Assembly: GCF_009834535.1 (NCBI RefSeq)
Contig: NC_045697.1
Location: forward strand, 73,224,001 to 73,288,000
Direction: 5' to 3'
Length of the DNA: 64,000 bases
DNA from: Camelus ferus
Lineage: Eukaryota
In this document: positions 51,813-63,300 of the stretch, piece after piece
Position numbering within the stretch: the first letter of the stretch is position 1
Layout of the letters: each line of letters begins with the position of its first letter
Translations under genes and position numbers: made by a program
Notes under the pieces: generated by a model
What the model was told of the DNA's origin: nothing
The model's database searches: none
The model's input: the letters and a program-made list of their open reading frames with translations, nothing else

Positions 51813-53122
51813 TTAAAAAAGTATTAATTAAATTCATATTGATTGTTTTATCTGATATGCTGGGGGTTAACTCTAAAATCTTATTTGCTCTTTTTCCTAC
51901 TTTTTGTACATCTCTTTTTCTTTTTTTTCCTTTATTTGATTAATTAACATTTTTTCATGATTTGGTTTTTGCATTATACTTTTTTTTTTACTATTCTTTA
52001 AATGATTTGCTGGAAATTATAATATGCATCCTTAAGACTTATTAGGACCCATATAAATTAGGTCTTTGTTATGTTCTAGACATTCTTAGAACTCCCTTTA
52101 TCCACTTCTTTCTCTAGTATTATCTATTGTCATACCTATTAATTCTATATATTTTTTTCTTCATAAGACCTAATTATTATTTTATGCATCTATAATTCAA
52201 GTTTAATCACATTATTTCATTCCATATCTCTTCTCTACATTCTTTTATAAAATTTCATGCTTCCATATTGGAAAAATTTCTTTTTGCCCAAATAACTTCC
52301 ATTAGTTTTGTGTGAATGTGCCCAAGAAGTGGCTGAGGGGTGATATCTGATACTGATAAATTTGCTCAGTATTTTTTTCTTTAGTCCAAAATCATGAGAA
52401 CTATTTCAGTTAATTTCCCTTCTTGTTAAGTTCATTATCTCTCAACTTCTGGCTAATGGTGGCTTTATATGACTTTATTTTTTATTGACTTTATTTTTTC
52501 ATTGATATACATATACACATTTTATTGATATACATATTATGTTAGTTTCAGGTGTACAGAAATGATGGTTTGGAAAGATTTTGTTTTTAAAATTATATTT
52601 GAATTTTATTTTTATTGACATATTCTCTCCTATGGCCTGAAAACACTGAAATTAATGAAAGACAACATATATTTCAGGTTATTTTTTGTTTATTTTTGAT
52701 ACCAGCAGGATCCTGGAATCCTATTTATGTTTAGATTTTGTAGATTTTTTATGTAAGCTCTCCTGATCTTTTTCTATCACAGTCTTTTAGATTGGTGTGC
52801 ATTAAAGTTCCCTTCCCACAGTCACACCCATTCAAATGAGCAGGCACCTTGACCATATACCTTCTTAATGGGTTATTGAATTGCTTATTTGGCCACTTAG
52901 TCATAATTTCAAATGCCTGTAACTTCACTTTGCAGAGCAGACCAAATTACTTCAACCACAATTGATCAGAATAAGCCCACATATTCTCCTAGGAAGTCTT
53001 TCAACTACAAGATATTAAGAAATAACTTTTTTCTGCATCTCCTGTTTTCCATGAAGTATCTTGATTTTTTTTTATTTAATAAAGACATTTTATAACCCAC
53101 TTATTGCCTATTTATGTTATTT

Positions 53123-53428
53123 CTTTTTTTATTGAAATGTAGTCAGTTTACAATGTTGTGTCAATTTCTGGTTACAGCATAATGTTTCAGTCATACATAC
53201 ACATACATCTATTCCTTTTCATATTCTTTTTCATTATAGGTTATTACAAGAAATTGAATATAGTTCCCTGTGCTATACAGTAGAAACTTGTTGTTTATCT
53301 ATTTTATATATAGTAGTTAGTATCTGCAAATCTCAAATTCCCAATGTATCCCCTTCCCCTTCCACCCCCTTTCCCCCCGGTAACCATGAGTTTGTTTTCT
53401 ATGTCTGTGAGTCTGTTTCTGTTCTGTA
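53123..53428 (-). mobile_element. Lineage-specific L1 3' end (antisense)
   Basis: Reverse-complement match to 29330-29615 (ttgaaatgtagtcagtttacaatgttgtg..tagttccctgtgctatacagtagaa). Confidence 0.9.
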
Positions 53429-53800
53429 ATATTTCTTTTATTTTATTCTTTAACTGAATAATCTGTCATGAAAAATTCTTTTGTATAAAGAAAAATAAAC
53501 AGTAAATTTCTTTGTAATTTTCCTCTCATCATTCAATACAATTTTAAAGTCCTCTATGATCAATTTTATCCAAAAATTTAAATAAAAGTAAAAGGCAATG
53601 AAATAAGACATTGCACAATTTTATCATCTTTCTTACAAATATTCCAAAGTCCTTTACCATGTTTACATAGTAAATGTGCAGAGACACAAGCAAGGTGATT
53701 TAACTTAGGTCCATGTAGGGCAGGTGATGTAACATAGTTAGTACCCAGATCAATCAGTTCATCTGTTAATCAATATGTACTGTGTCCAGTGTTGGTTGGG

Positions 53801-53963
53801 GCAGTGACTCTACACCAGGAGAGCACATCAGATTCTCTTGTGATCGTTTTTAAACAAAGGTGTCAAGGATCCTAACCCCTAAGGTACAGTAATTTAGAGC
53901 ATGCGGATTATTAAAGAGTTCTACAAATGATTGGGATGCACGGTCTTTCCTGAGAAATACTGC
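53801..53963. mobile_element. MER5-like hAT MITE
   Basis: Termini cagtgactct / gagaaatactg; gcacatcagattctc..., aagagttctacaaatgatt. Confidence 0.6.
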
Positions 53964-54059
53964 TTTAGCCATTGGAGGATAAAGAGGAAACAGACCTGGA
54001 TTCAGTAAAGTTGGGGGGAAAAAAAAGAAAGACTTAAAAAATGTGTAAAATAACATGTA

Positions 54060-54590
54060 ATTAAAAACTGAATTTTCTGGCACAATGTGAGTTAGAAAGT
54101 CTTCATTAGGAAGATTAGAATTGGTCTGTACCTTCAAGAACAGGTTGGATTTGCAGAGCTGGTAGGAGTACAAAGGACGGGGCCAAAAATTTAGTATGAG
54201 CAAGAGCATAGAGGCAGAAATAGTAATTGTTTGGGAATCAGTGCAAAGAACAAGCTAGTCACCTCAAAGGAGAAATTGTTTCTGTCTTGTTCACTGCTTT
54301 ATACAAAATATTATCCCCTGTTGAACAAACCTGAATAAATGAATGAACCAATTGATCTATCAGTAATGATTGGCATGTTCTTATGATGGAGTAGTGGGAA
54401 ACAGGTATGCTTATTTAGAATAAGATCAAATTATGGATGACCTTGAAAGCCAGCAAAAGGGTTAAAACAGGTACCAATAAATAAAAAAAAAATTTGAGCC
54501 AGATTCATCAGGGAAGTCATAAACAACATGTACTCAGAGAGATTTTATCCTTGAAAAAAGCCAGCTGAAACATGCTGCAGGGATATAGGT
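54060..54590 (-). mobile_element. L2 fragments (mostly antisense)
   Basis: ttagaaagtcttcattaggaag.., agatcaaattatggatgaccttgaaagccagcaaaag; a short sense L2 end lies at about 54270-54345. Confidence 0.5.
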
Positions 54591-55638
54591 GTGCAACTGT
54601 CAAGGTCTTGCACTGTTTTCATAAAATAAACATAAAGAATATCTAGCAAATAAAGAGGGCATGTGTAGTGCTACAAAATCCTCCCAAGCAGACGTTAAAT
54701 ATTACATAACATTATTTGCTTATTCAGTTTAATGCTACATTTAGCTAATTTGATAATTTGTTGCCCTTAAATCACTCTTATCCTCTGAGTCTTTCTTCTT
54801 CTGCTGTCTTTCTTCATCCTCTCATACCTGTCCTCTTACTCTTGAACTTCTTCTCCTTCAATATATTTAGCTAAAAACATTAAACATTAGAAAATTCTGA
54901 TTGCTGAAATTTTGATTACAATTAACTATATTTTATTTGCATTACGTGTAAAAATTCAGTTGAGACTTAAATATTTTAGAATTGATTTATTCCAGAGTGA
55001 GGATAGCAGAATAAAAATGAAGCATCAGACTGTTGCTTTAAAAAAATGAGATATTAATGTTCTTAGATATTCATCTTAGTATATAATATATATAGTTCCG
55101 GTAGCTTAGGTAAATATCAGAAATTTGTGTTCTGTTATTTGAAACTTTGTTTAAAAAGTCTGGACAATATATATTTTAGAGACTGTTACTTTCTTCATCC
55201 ATGCCTTATTAGTTTTTCATTAAAAATTCTAACTTAGCAATATGAATTAATGTGTTTATTTGAAGAAATTGAGCCATTTCATAAGCCAAAAAATACCTGA
55301 AATAATGACCATAGAGTTACATTACAGTATTTTTACAATTTTTAGAATGAAAGCTATGAGTCTGAAGCTTAAAAAAAAAAAAAAAAAAAAACAATTAGCA
55401 GAACTTCAACTACTGGGATTATGAAAGAAAGAAAAGAAATCTAAACTACAGAATATCCTCAGCCTCCTAATTACCTGAAGCATGACTGAGGAAATTCTAA
55501 GAGGAGAGAACAAAATACAAGTCCATCTTCACAGAGAATGAGATAGTCAAAGGAGTCACAGTCAGCCTTTCAGACCTTCAGGGGAATGATGCAACTAATT
55601 CAAGGAATTACCGTCCATCCTAATGGACTAAATGGATC

Positions 55639-55660
55639 GGGGGGCGGGGGGGGGGGGGGG
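55639..55660 (+). repeat. Poly-G tract (G6-C-G15)
   Basis: Directly visible. Confidence 0.95.
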
Positions 55661-56269
55661 AGATATATTTCCTCCGCTTCATATTACCAGGAAGTTTTAG
55701 CTATCATGAAAATCTATTCAGCAGGAAAACAGAAAATCTGTACTATTATGGTTTAGGTGGGCTAGAAACAACAAAAAGAATTTTTTTCTGAAGACAAAAA
55801 AATGTTAAAAGTAGAAACTATTGCCGGATTTTAATAGGCTGAGATGCCCTTAGGAAAGAGAAATTAACGGTTTCCAATGGACCAAAACAACATCTACCTC
55901 TAAAAAGCTGAACTGTATCAGTGCTCACTGGATATGCCCCCGCCAACACCACTCTGTATTGTGTTTGTTTTGACACCATCCATGGATTAAACAATTGACC
56001 TTTGAAAACCCATGGTTGTTTGAAAGCTAAGGTTTCTGTCTTACTAATGCCAATTTACCTAGTCTTAGATGAGATGGGGGGGGGGGAATGGTTTTGCACA
56101 CAAAAGTTACATTAGCTTGAACATTTGCATGTTTGTGTTTGAGTGTAGGCATCTATCAAGGATTCAAACCAAAGTGGAACAAGAAGAGTATTTAAATCAT
56201 GCACGGATCTTAGAGACAGAGAGAGACATCTACTGGTCCATTTATTACCAATTCCAAGCACCTCCCCCT

Positions 56270-57160
56270 CCACTGTAATTAATGTAACGTTTTCTCTCTT
56301 TACAGCTGACAGCCAAGAGCGTAATTAGAGTCTAATAAAACACGGAAAAGTCACAAATGCAAAGTGGAATAAACAGTAAACAGTGAGGGGAGAGAGGCTT
56401 CGGGAGCGTGATGGCTGGGTAATGCCTTAGATAAACTGCGTGCACATTGACACTGTCACGCTCTCGGCAGCCCCAAGTGTGCTGGTAGCCTGGTGCAGAC
56501 AGACAGCTCGAATTAATCCCAAGAGGAGCGCATGACAGGCGAGTGAAGCAGACAATTAGAATGAAGGAGGAAATTGGAAATGGCAAAGGTGTGAACATAT
56601 GTCAAATTACAACTAAATGATAAATTACAATTCTGTCATTGGAATAAGCAGTAATTAAGAAAGATTTCAGCTATCACTCTTGAAAAAAATAAGAGAGAAT
56701 CACATTTTCCCCCCTTGTTTGGATTTGTTTGCTGAATTATTTCCATCCATCTCACACATGGGGCTGGCTCTTCCTGACTTTTGGGCTGCATTCTTTGTGT
56801 ACATTAAGGATAATTCTTTTCTTCCCTTTTCCCCATTTTCCAGACTGGCAGAATCATAGTGTCAAAATGAACAGGAAGCTGATAGTATCTGATATAAAAA
56901 CCTGCACTGAGGTTTGGGGGGAAAAAAATGAGGTTTGCTGCCGAAGCCGCTGCTGCACTCTAATTATTTTAAACAAGCACTGCACAGTCCAGCTGACAAT
57001 TAGGGAAGTCTGCTTTATGGCTTGGGGGATTCATATGAAACCTCATAATCACCATATATGCGTCCTTTTCGTTTAGACAGTAATGAATGTGGGTGGGGTT
57101 TCTTGGCAGTTTTCAGCCACTTAACCACCATTTAAAACAGCTGTGTAATTATCATGAGTT
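56270..57160. promoter_or_regulatory. Candidate conserved developmental enhancer block
   Basis: Repeat-free and CpG-retaining, with five TAATTA, about eight TGACA/TGTCA, TGATAAAT, TTTATGG and tandem ATAAACA/GTAAACA motifs. Confidence 0.55.
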
Positions 57161-57590
57161 TTTTTGGACTCCAACATCCAATTCCAATTTAGAGTTTGTA
57201 ACACCTGTGGTTTGTTACAACCGCGAGGACCAAGGCAGAGGAATGACAGAAGCAAAAATGCAGCACTGGCAAAAGCAGTATGAGGGAGGGCTCCTTGTCC
57301 CACGGGGCCACGGCGTGCCAAGACGCCAGCGAGGAAAGAATCTTCACAAAGGCAAAGCTCACATTTAAATATGAGATGCTGTGTGTAGGGAGGTGTTCTT
57401 CAGCAGAGTCAAGACGGCTTAGACTAGTCTTCAACTCCTTAAAAAAGCAGACGTATCTCTGACTTATATAACCCTTGCAAACTCTATAAAAAAAGGTTAG
57501 GGGGGGAATAATATGTCAATGGAAAGTGCCATACAGGTCCTATACCCAAGGTGACAATCTTTGATTACTTAACAAATCTCAAAACAGAAT

Positions 57591-57746
57591 TTCATTTTCT
57601 TTTCATTTTTTAAAATTAGGTTTAAATACATAGATATGTACGTATACTTTATATACACATATAAAATATATGGAAGTACTGGGGATTGAACCCAGGACCT
57701 CGTGCATGCTAAGCACACACTCTGCCACTGAGCTATACCCTCCCCC
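57591..57746 (-). mobile_element. Camelid tRNA-Ala(AGC)-derived SINE with TSD
   Basis: Head GGGGGAGGGTATAGCTCAGTGGCAGAGTGTGTGCTTAGCATGCACGAGGTCCTGGGTTCAATCCCCAGTACTTCCA; perfect TSD caaaacagaat (57580-57590 / 57747-57757). Confidence 0.93.
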
Positions 57747-58799
57747 CAAAACAGAATATTATTTGATGATCATTTTCCACCTATTAGGTGAATACTCAAA
57801 CATTAACTTTAGAAATGCAACAACAACCTTAACAATAGTAATAATAATAAATAACAGGATTGGGACTGAAATAAAATTTCTTATCGTGTAGGCAAATATC
57901 CACAATGTATTCTAATTTTATAAGATAAGCTAACTCTAAATTTTCCATGCATTATACATGCATTTGCAAGTGCATGTAACATTAAATAGCTGTAGTCCTA
58001 CAGTCTCAGAATAATGACTGGGTACAATTATCTAGTGTCAGAAAAAGAAGACTGAAAGAGTGAAAGTTCCTCTTAGAACATACACAAATATTTACATCAT
58101 TTCTTTTTCACCTTCCTCCTGGGGCAAAAAAAGAGACAAATAGTGAAAAAACTAAATAAAATTCTCTAATGGAGAGGTCAGAATCTCCAATGATCTTCCA
58201 GAATAAATCAATTTCTAGCAGCTGTGGCCAGATGTTACAGTTCAAGGCCCTGAAAGCTTCACTGGGGAAGCATGTTAAAAGTTGAAGGGCCAGAGTCACG
58301 TTAATTACATGAGGTTTGCCTTGGAGAAAATCTGCCCAGCACAACGCCACCCTCCCTCTTTCTTAGATAGGGGTACCGTCCTCTGCCACACTTTTATAAT
58401 TTGACAAGGTTTATTTTTAAAGTAATTTATTTATAGTTACCTGTATGCTTCACAAGTAATAGAGACTAATGTGTTCATCCGTTATATTCTTAGTACAGCT
58501 TGGGTTAAGAAGATGCTTCTGACACTTTAAGCCAGAAGGGTCCAAGTATGGAACAAATTAAGAGCTGGGTTTCAATTATTCCTTCACTTGAGAAAAAAGA
58601 GATGAGAAAAATGATGAATTATAATTGTTGCTCCAACACTATTTCTTCCCAGAAATAGGAGTCCTTTTATGAAAACATGAATATAGGAAAGTAGTCAGAA
58701 AAAATCTTGGGCTTTTATGCCAATCAAGGGAAAATGTTCATAAAATATAATCTGACAAAAATATCATTAAATAGTCGGTAATAAAAGTTGGATGGAGAA

Positions 58800-59627
58800 T
58801 GATGTCAGTCATGATGCCATTGTTCTAGTGTTTGATCTTTGACCATAGTTTCTGACACTGCTAAATCCTTTGGCATTCCCTGGGTGAGAACAGTGTCCTT
58901 TGTTTTAATGAGGTGGCTCTAGGTGAGCTTCTGGATGGGGACTAGTCACCAGAAAGACCAAGCCATGATTAGGAATTTGGAATTTTTATCCCTACTCCCC
59001 TTTCTCTAAAGACAGGAGAAGGGGTGGTAATGGAGTTAATGATCTAGCATGCCTAGGTGATGAAGCCTCCATAAGAAACCCAAAAGCATGGGCTGCAGAG
59101 AGTTTCTGGGTTGGTGAACATGTTGTGGTGGGCAGGAGAGTGGTGTGCCCAGAGAGGGCATGGAAGCTTTGTGCCCCTTCACAGTTATCTTACTCTAGAC
59201 ATCTCTTCCATCTGGGTGTTCAGTTGAATCCTTTATCATATCCTTTTATAATAAGCTTGTAAATAGTAAACAGACTATCTTTCTCAGTTGTGTGAGCCAC
59301 TCTAGTAAATTAATTGAACCTAAGGAGGTGGTTGTTGGAACCTCCAACTGATAACTGGTCGGAAGCACAGTAACAACCAAACTTGCAATTGGCATCTGAA
59401 TGATGTGAGGGGAACAGTCTTGTGGGACTGAGAACTTAACCTGTGGGATCTCATGCTCTCTCCAGGTGGATAGTGTCAGAGTTGAATTAAATTGTAGAAC
59501 ACCAACTATGTCACAGAATTGCATGGTATGGGAAAAAACCAACACATTTTGTGTCAGAAGGGCTGTGAGTATGGTAGCCATGTGAGAATAAAGGAGAAAC
59601 ACAGGAGAAGTGTGGGTTTTCTAAACA
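58800..59627 (+). mobile_element. MER21-family ERV solo LTR (MER21C-like)
   Basis: ctagtcaccagaaagaccaagccatgattag, gttggtgaaca, cccagagagggcatggaagct, aacttgcaattggcatctgaa, gatagtgtcagagttgaattaaattgtag. Confidence 0.85.
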
Positions 59628-60339
59628 GAGTGCTGTGGCAAGACATTGATGATTTTCCACTTTCAGTCTGCACAATAATTGGTACTTGATTTGCCTTCTT
59701 ACAGAAAGAAAAAAACCCATAAAACTAGGAAAAATATATGCAACAACTGTTTTCAGGCATTTAAAAATAGGCAATGCAGGACTATAAACTCTGAAGTAAT
59801 TATTGCAGTCACCCTGGCTTCTGTATGGAGATAAGTTATTATTTCAGTGCACAGGGTTGTTAAGGCCAAACTGAGTAAAAATCTAGTTGAATATCAGATT
59901 CAGATATGAGAGTTCAAGTCAGCTAAAGTGGCCAGAATTTTGAGTACTGGATAAGAAAAAGCAGCACAGAGTTAGAGAACAGATGTCTCCAAGGGGATCC
60001 AAAATATGACCCTGAGCTAAAGGCTGGCCTGAGTATGCAGAGTAACATTCCACAGTACTCAGAGGTAATCATTTGATGTGAAGTTAACTGCTGAATGGTA
60101 ACACCAGAATAATAACCAGTCTGAGACATTGCTGATCAACTTGACTATTCAGTAAAGTTCTAGAAAGCTCATAGATTAGGTGTAGGACAAACACCTAAAA
60201 CTAACTTCAGAACTAATTTAGAGCCATCAAAATAAATAATAAACAAAAACTGACAGGACAAAAAATTTTGCCAGGAATCTAACTGCCTGCCATAATAAAA
60301 CTGAATGCTTTTTTATAATAAAAAATCATATTCTAGAGA

Positions 60340-60548
60340 AGGGGTGAGCAAATCACACCCTACAGGCAGGCCAGCCATTTTGGAAAATAAACTTTATTGG
60401 AACACAGCCATGCCCATTTGTTTAAATATTTTGTGTTGTTTCTTTCCCACTAAAACAGCAGTGTTAGGTAATTATAGCAGAGATTGTATAGCCCACAACT
60501 TAAAATACTTAGTATCTGGCCCTTTAAGAAAGTGTTTGCTAACCACAG
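60340..60548 (+). mobile_element. MER58A MITE nested in L1
   Basis: aaataaactttattggaacacagccatgcccatttgtt...tatctggccctttaagaaagtgtttgctaacc. Confidence 0.85.
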
Positions 60549-63282
60549 ATCTAGACTCACTACAGTGTATTAGCATAATGTCTAGCATATAATAAAAAAT
60601 TACTAGACATGCAAATATATAAGAGTGTGACTAAAACTAAACAAAAAACACATTCAATAAAGAAATGATCTGAGATAACACAGAGATTGGATTTGTCACT
60701 AAAGACTTTTAAATTAGTTATTAGGATACGTACAGAAGCTTGTAGGAAAAGACTGTCATAATGTCATTTAAGCAGATGAATGAAAACTATAAAAAAGAGC
60801 CAACTGAAAATTCTCGTGTCAAAAATACAATATGTGAAGTGGCATATCCACTTGGTAGGCTTAACAGAAGATGGAAACCTGAGGAAGGCAAGGTTACTGA
60901 GTTTAAAGACAGATGAATAGAAATTCATCAATATAAAAAAAAGCTGGAAAACTAATTGAAAAAATTTTAAGAAACCTTCAGGGACTCAGGGAACAAGATC
61001 AAGCAGTCTAACACATATGTAGTCCAAATCCTAAAGGGAGATAAGACAAAAGAGCAGAAAATAACATCACAAAGACTGACAGGACAAGAAAGATTTGCCA
61101 GGAACCTAACTGCCTGCCATAATAAAACTCAACACTTTTTACAATAACGATTCACTATTTGTGAATTTCCCAAATCAGGAGTGGTGGGAGGGAGGAAAAC
61201 ATCAATTTGCAGATCCAAGAACCTCTTCAAAGCCTAAGCAAGGTAAATACCTGGTCAACCACATCTAAAAATTACATGATAGAAGCCGAAGATGAAGAGG
61301 AAAATCGTAAAAGCAGTCATGGACAAAAGAGACATATTACAGAAAAGTTAAAAAATACAAATAATAACAGGCTTTTTACTAGATATAATAGAAACTGGAA
61401 GACAATGAAAGAAAAGAGTTTAACTACTGAAGTGAAAAATAATTTTGAGACCATATTTTATAGCCAGTAAATTTTTTTTCCAAAAATAAGATCGAATTTT
61501 CACATAAAAATTGCTGAGAGCATGAGTCTCCAGGATAGCCACACTGTTAGAAATGGAAAGAAAAATATTCAGGTTAAAGGGAGACCACACTAGATGAAAC
61601 TTGGGTCTACAGGAAGAAATAAAAAACACTGGGAATTACACATATGTGGGAAATATAAAATATTATCTTTTAATGTTTAATTTCTTCCAAAGACAACTGA
61701 AATTTTATAACATTGCATTTTGATATTAGTGAACTATATAGACATATGATGGTCAAATGATAAAGGATAAATGAAATCATACTGCATATCATTATGTAGC
61801 ATATGGTGAAATACAATAAAACATTCCTACCACAAAGGATACCATGATAAGTTAGAGTTTTAATTTCTAGGATAAATGAGAAATAATAATATAAAAATAA
61901 AAGACAATAGAGAAATTAAAAGAGAGTTCTAAAAATATTTTATGAACCAAAAAAGAAGGCAAGAAGTGAGTGAGTAGGAAAAAAATCAGATAAACGACTA
62001 GAAAAGAAATAGTAAGAAGATAAACTTAACTCCAGACAGATGAACAATTATATTAAATATAAATGAATTACATGCTACAATTAAAAGGCAAAGAATGTCA
62101 GAATGAACTTTTTTAAAAAGACTCAACTATATGTATTTTTTACAAGAAATAAAACTTAAATACAAATACACAGAGAGGTTGGAAGTAAAATGATAGAAAC
62201 AGATATTCCACACAGTTAATAAGCATAAGAAAAATAGGGTCACTATATTAATACAATGTAAAATAGACCTAAGGACCAGAATATTACTAGAGGTGATTAG
62301 AAAATTTCTCTTGAATGGTCAATCCATGAAGAAGACCATAATATTTCTAACTGTGTATGAACCTAATAACAGTGCTTTAAAAATGCATGAAGGAAAAACA
62401 ATGTCAGGATTAAATGTAGAAATATACATAAATGTACAAATATAATTGGAGTATTTAACACCACTGTCTTTGTAATTGATGGAGCCAAGAAGTAACATCA
62501 CTAAAAATATTGAAGATTTGAACAATATTTTAAATAACTTGCCCTAACTGACGTTTTAAAACATTATAATCAGTAACTACAGAACACACATATTTTTAAG
62601 TGCATATGGAATGTTATAAATGATAGACCATTTGCTGCCTCATAAAACAAGCAGCAGTAAATTTCAACATATTGAAAACTTACAGAATATGTCCTGTTTC
62701 CAAAATGAAATAAATTAGAAACAAGTAACAACAAGATACTTATAAAACTTTCAATACTTGAGAAATAAACCACATGCTAATAAATAGCACAGATCAAGGA
62801 AGTAATCTGAAAAAAACGCTTTCCCCCAACATCAAGAACAAAGCCAGAATCTTTGCTTTTGCCACTTCCAATTCAACATGGAGGTCCTAGCCAGGACAAA
62901 AGAGCAAGAAAAGCAAATAAAAGACATAAGTATTGGAAGAGAAAAAATTAAACTCTCTTTATTCACATTAGCTTCGTAGGACATGCTAAGAAACATAGAA
63001 ATACTGATACAGCTAATAAGTAAATTTTGCAAGGTTGGAAGTACAAGATCAATGTTTAAAAGTCAATTAATTGCATTTGGAAAGTTATAATTTACATTTT
63101 GGTTTCTAATAGAATGAAAAGATAGCTATGCAAGACGCTTACACGGAAAATGCTGTGAGACCTAGATTAATGAAAGATATACCATTCTTATGAATTGAAA
63201 GAATTAATATTGTTCAGATAGCAATATTCTTCAAGTTGATTTCTAGGTTGAGTGCAATCTCCTCCAAAATCCCTGAAGTTCT

Positions 63283-63300
63283 GTGTGTGTGTGTGTGTGT
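63283..63300. repeat. (TG)n microsatellite
   Basis: Directly visible, inside L1. Confidence 0.9.

Larger units (their letters stand above)
47860..52380 (-). mobile_element. Long degraded L1 (L1ME/L1M5-type), antisense
   Basis: Continuous T-rich antisense L1 motifs: cctaggggtagaattgct, ttaatttgcatttcccta, ttgtcttggctattcttgg, ttgaatagaagtggtga, tttcttctggttagtgtttgcatg. Confidence 0.8.

Noticed and set aside
21500..52540. Short tandem duplications (21500 ccaaata x4; 30680-30730; 43311-43342; 44603-44639; 52471-52540)
   Set aside because: Ordinary slippage products in AT-rich or repeat DNA, with no higher-order organisation.
57671..57746. Genuine tRNA-Ala gene
   Set aside because: An 11-bp TSD, extra 5' bases, a SINE tail, a mismatched acceptor stem and two paralogous SINE copies indicate a retroposed SINE.
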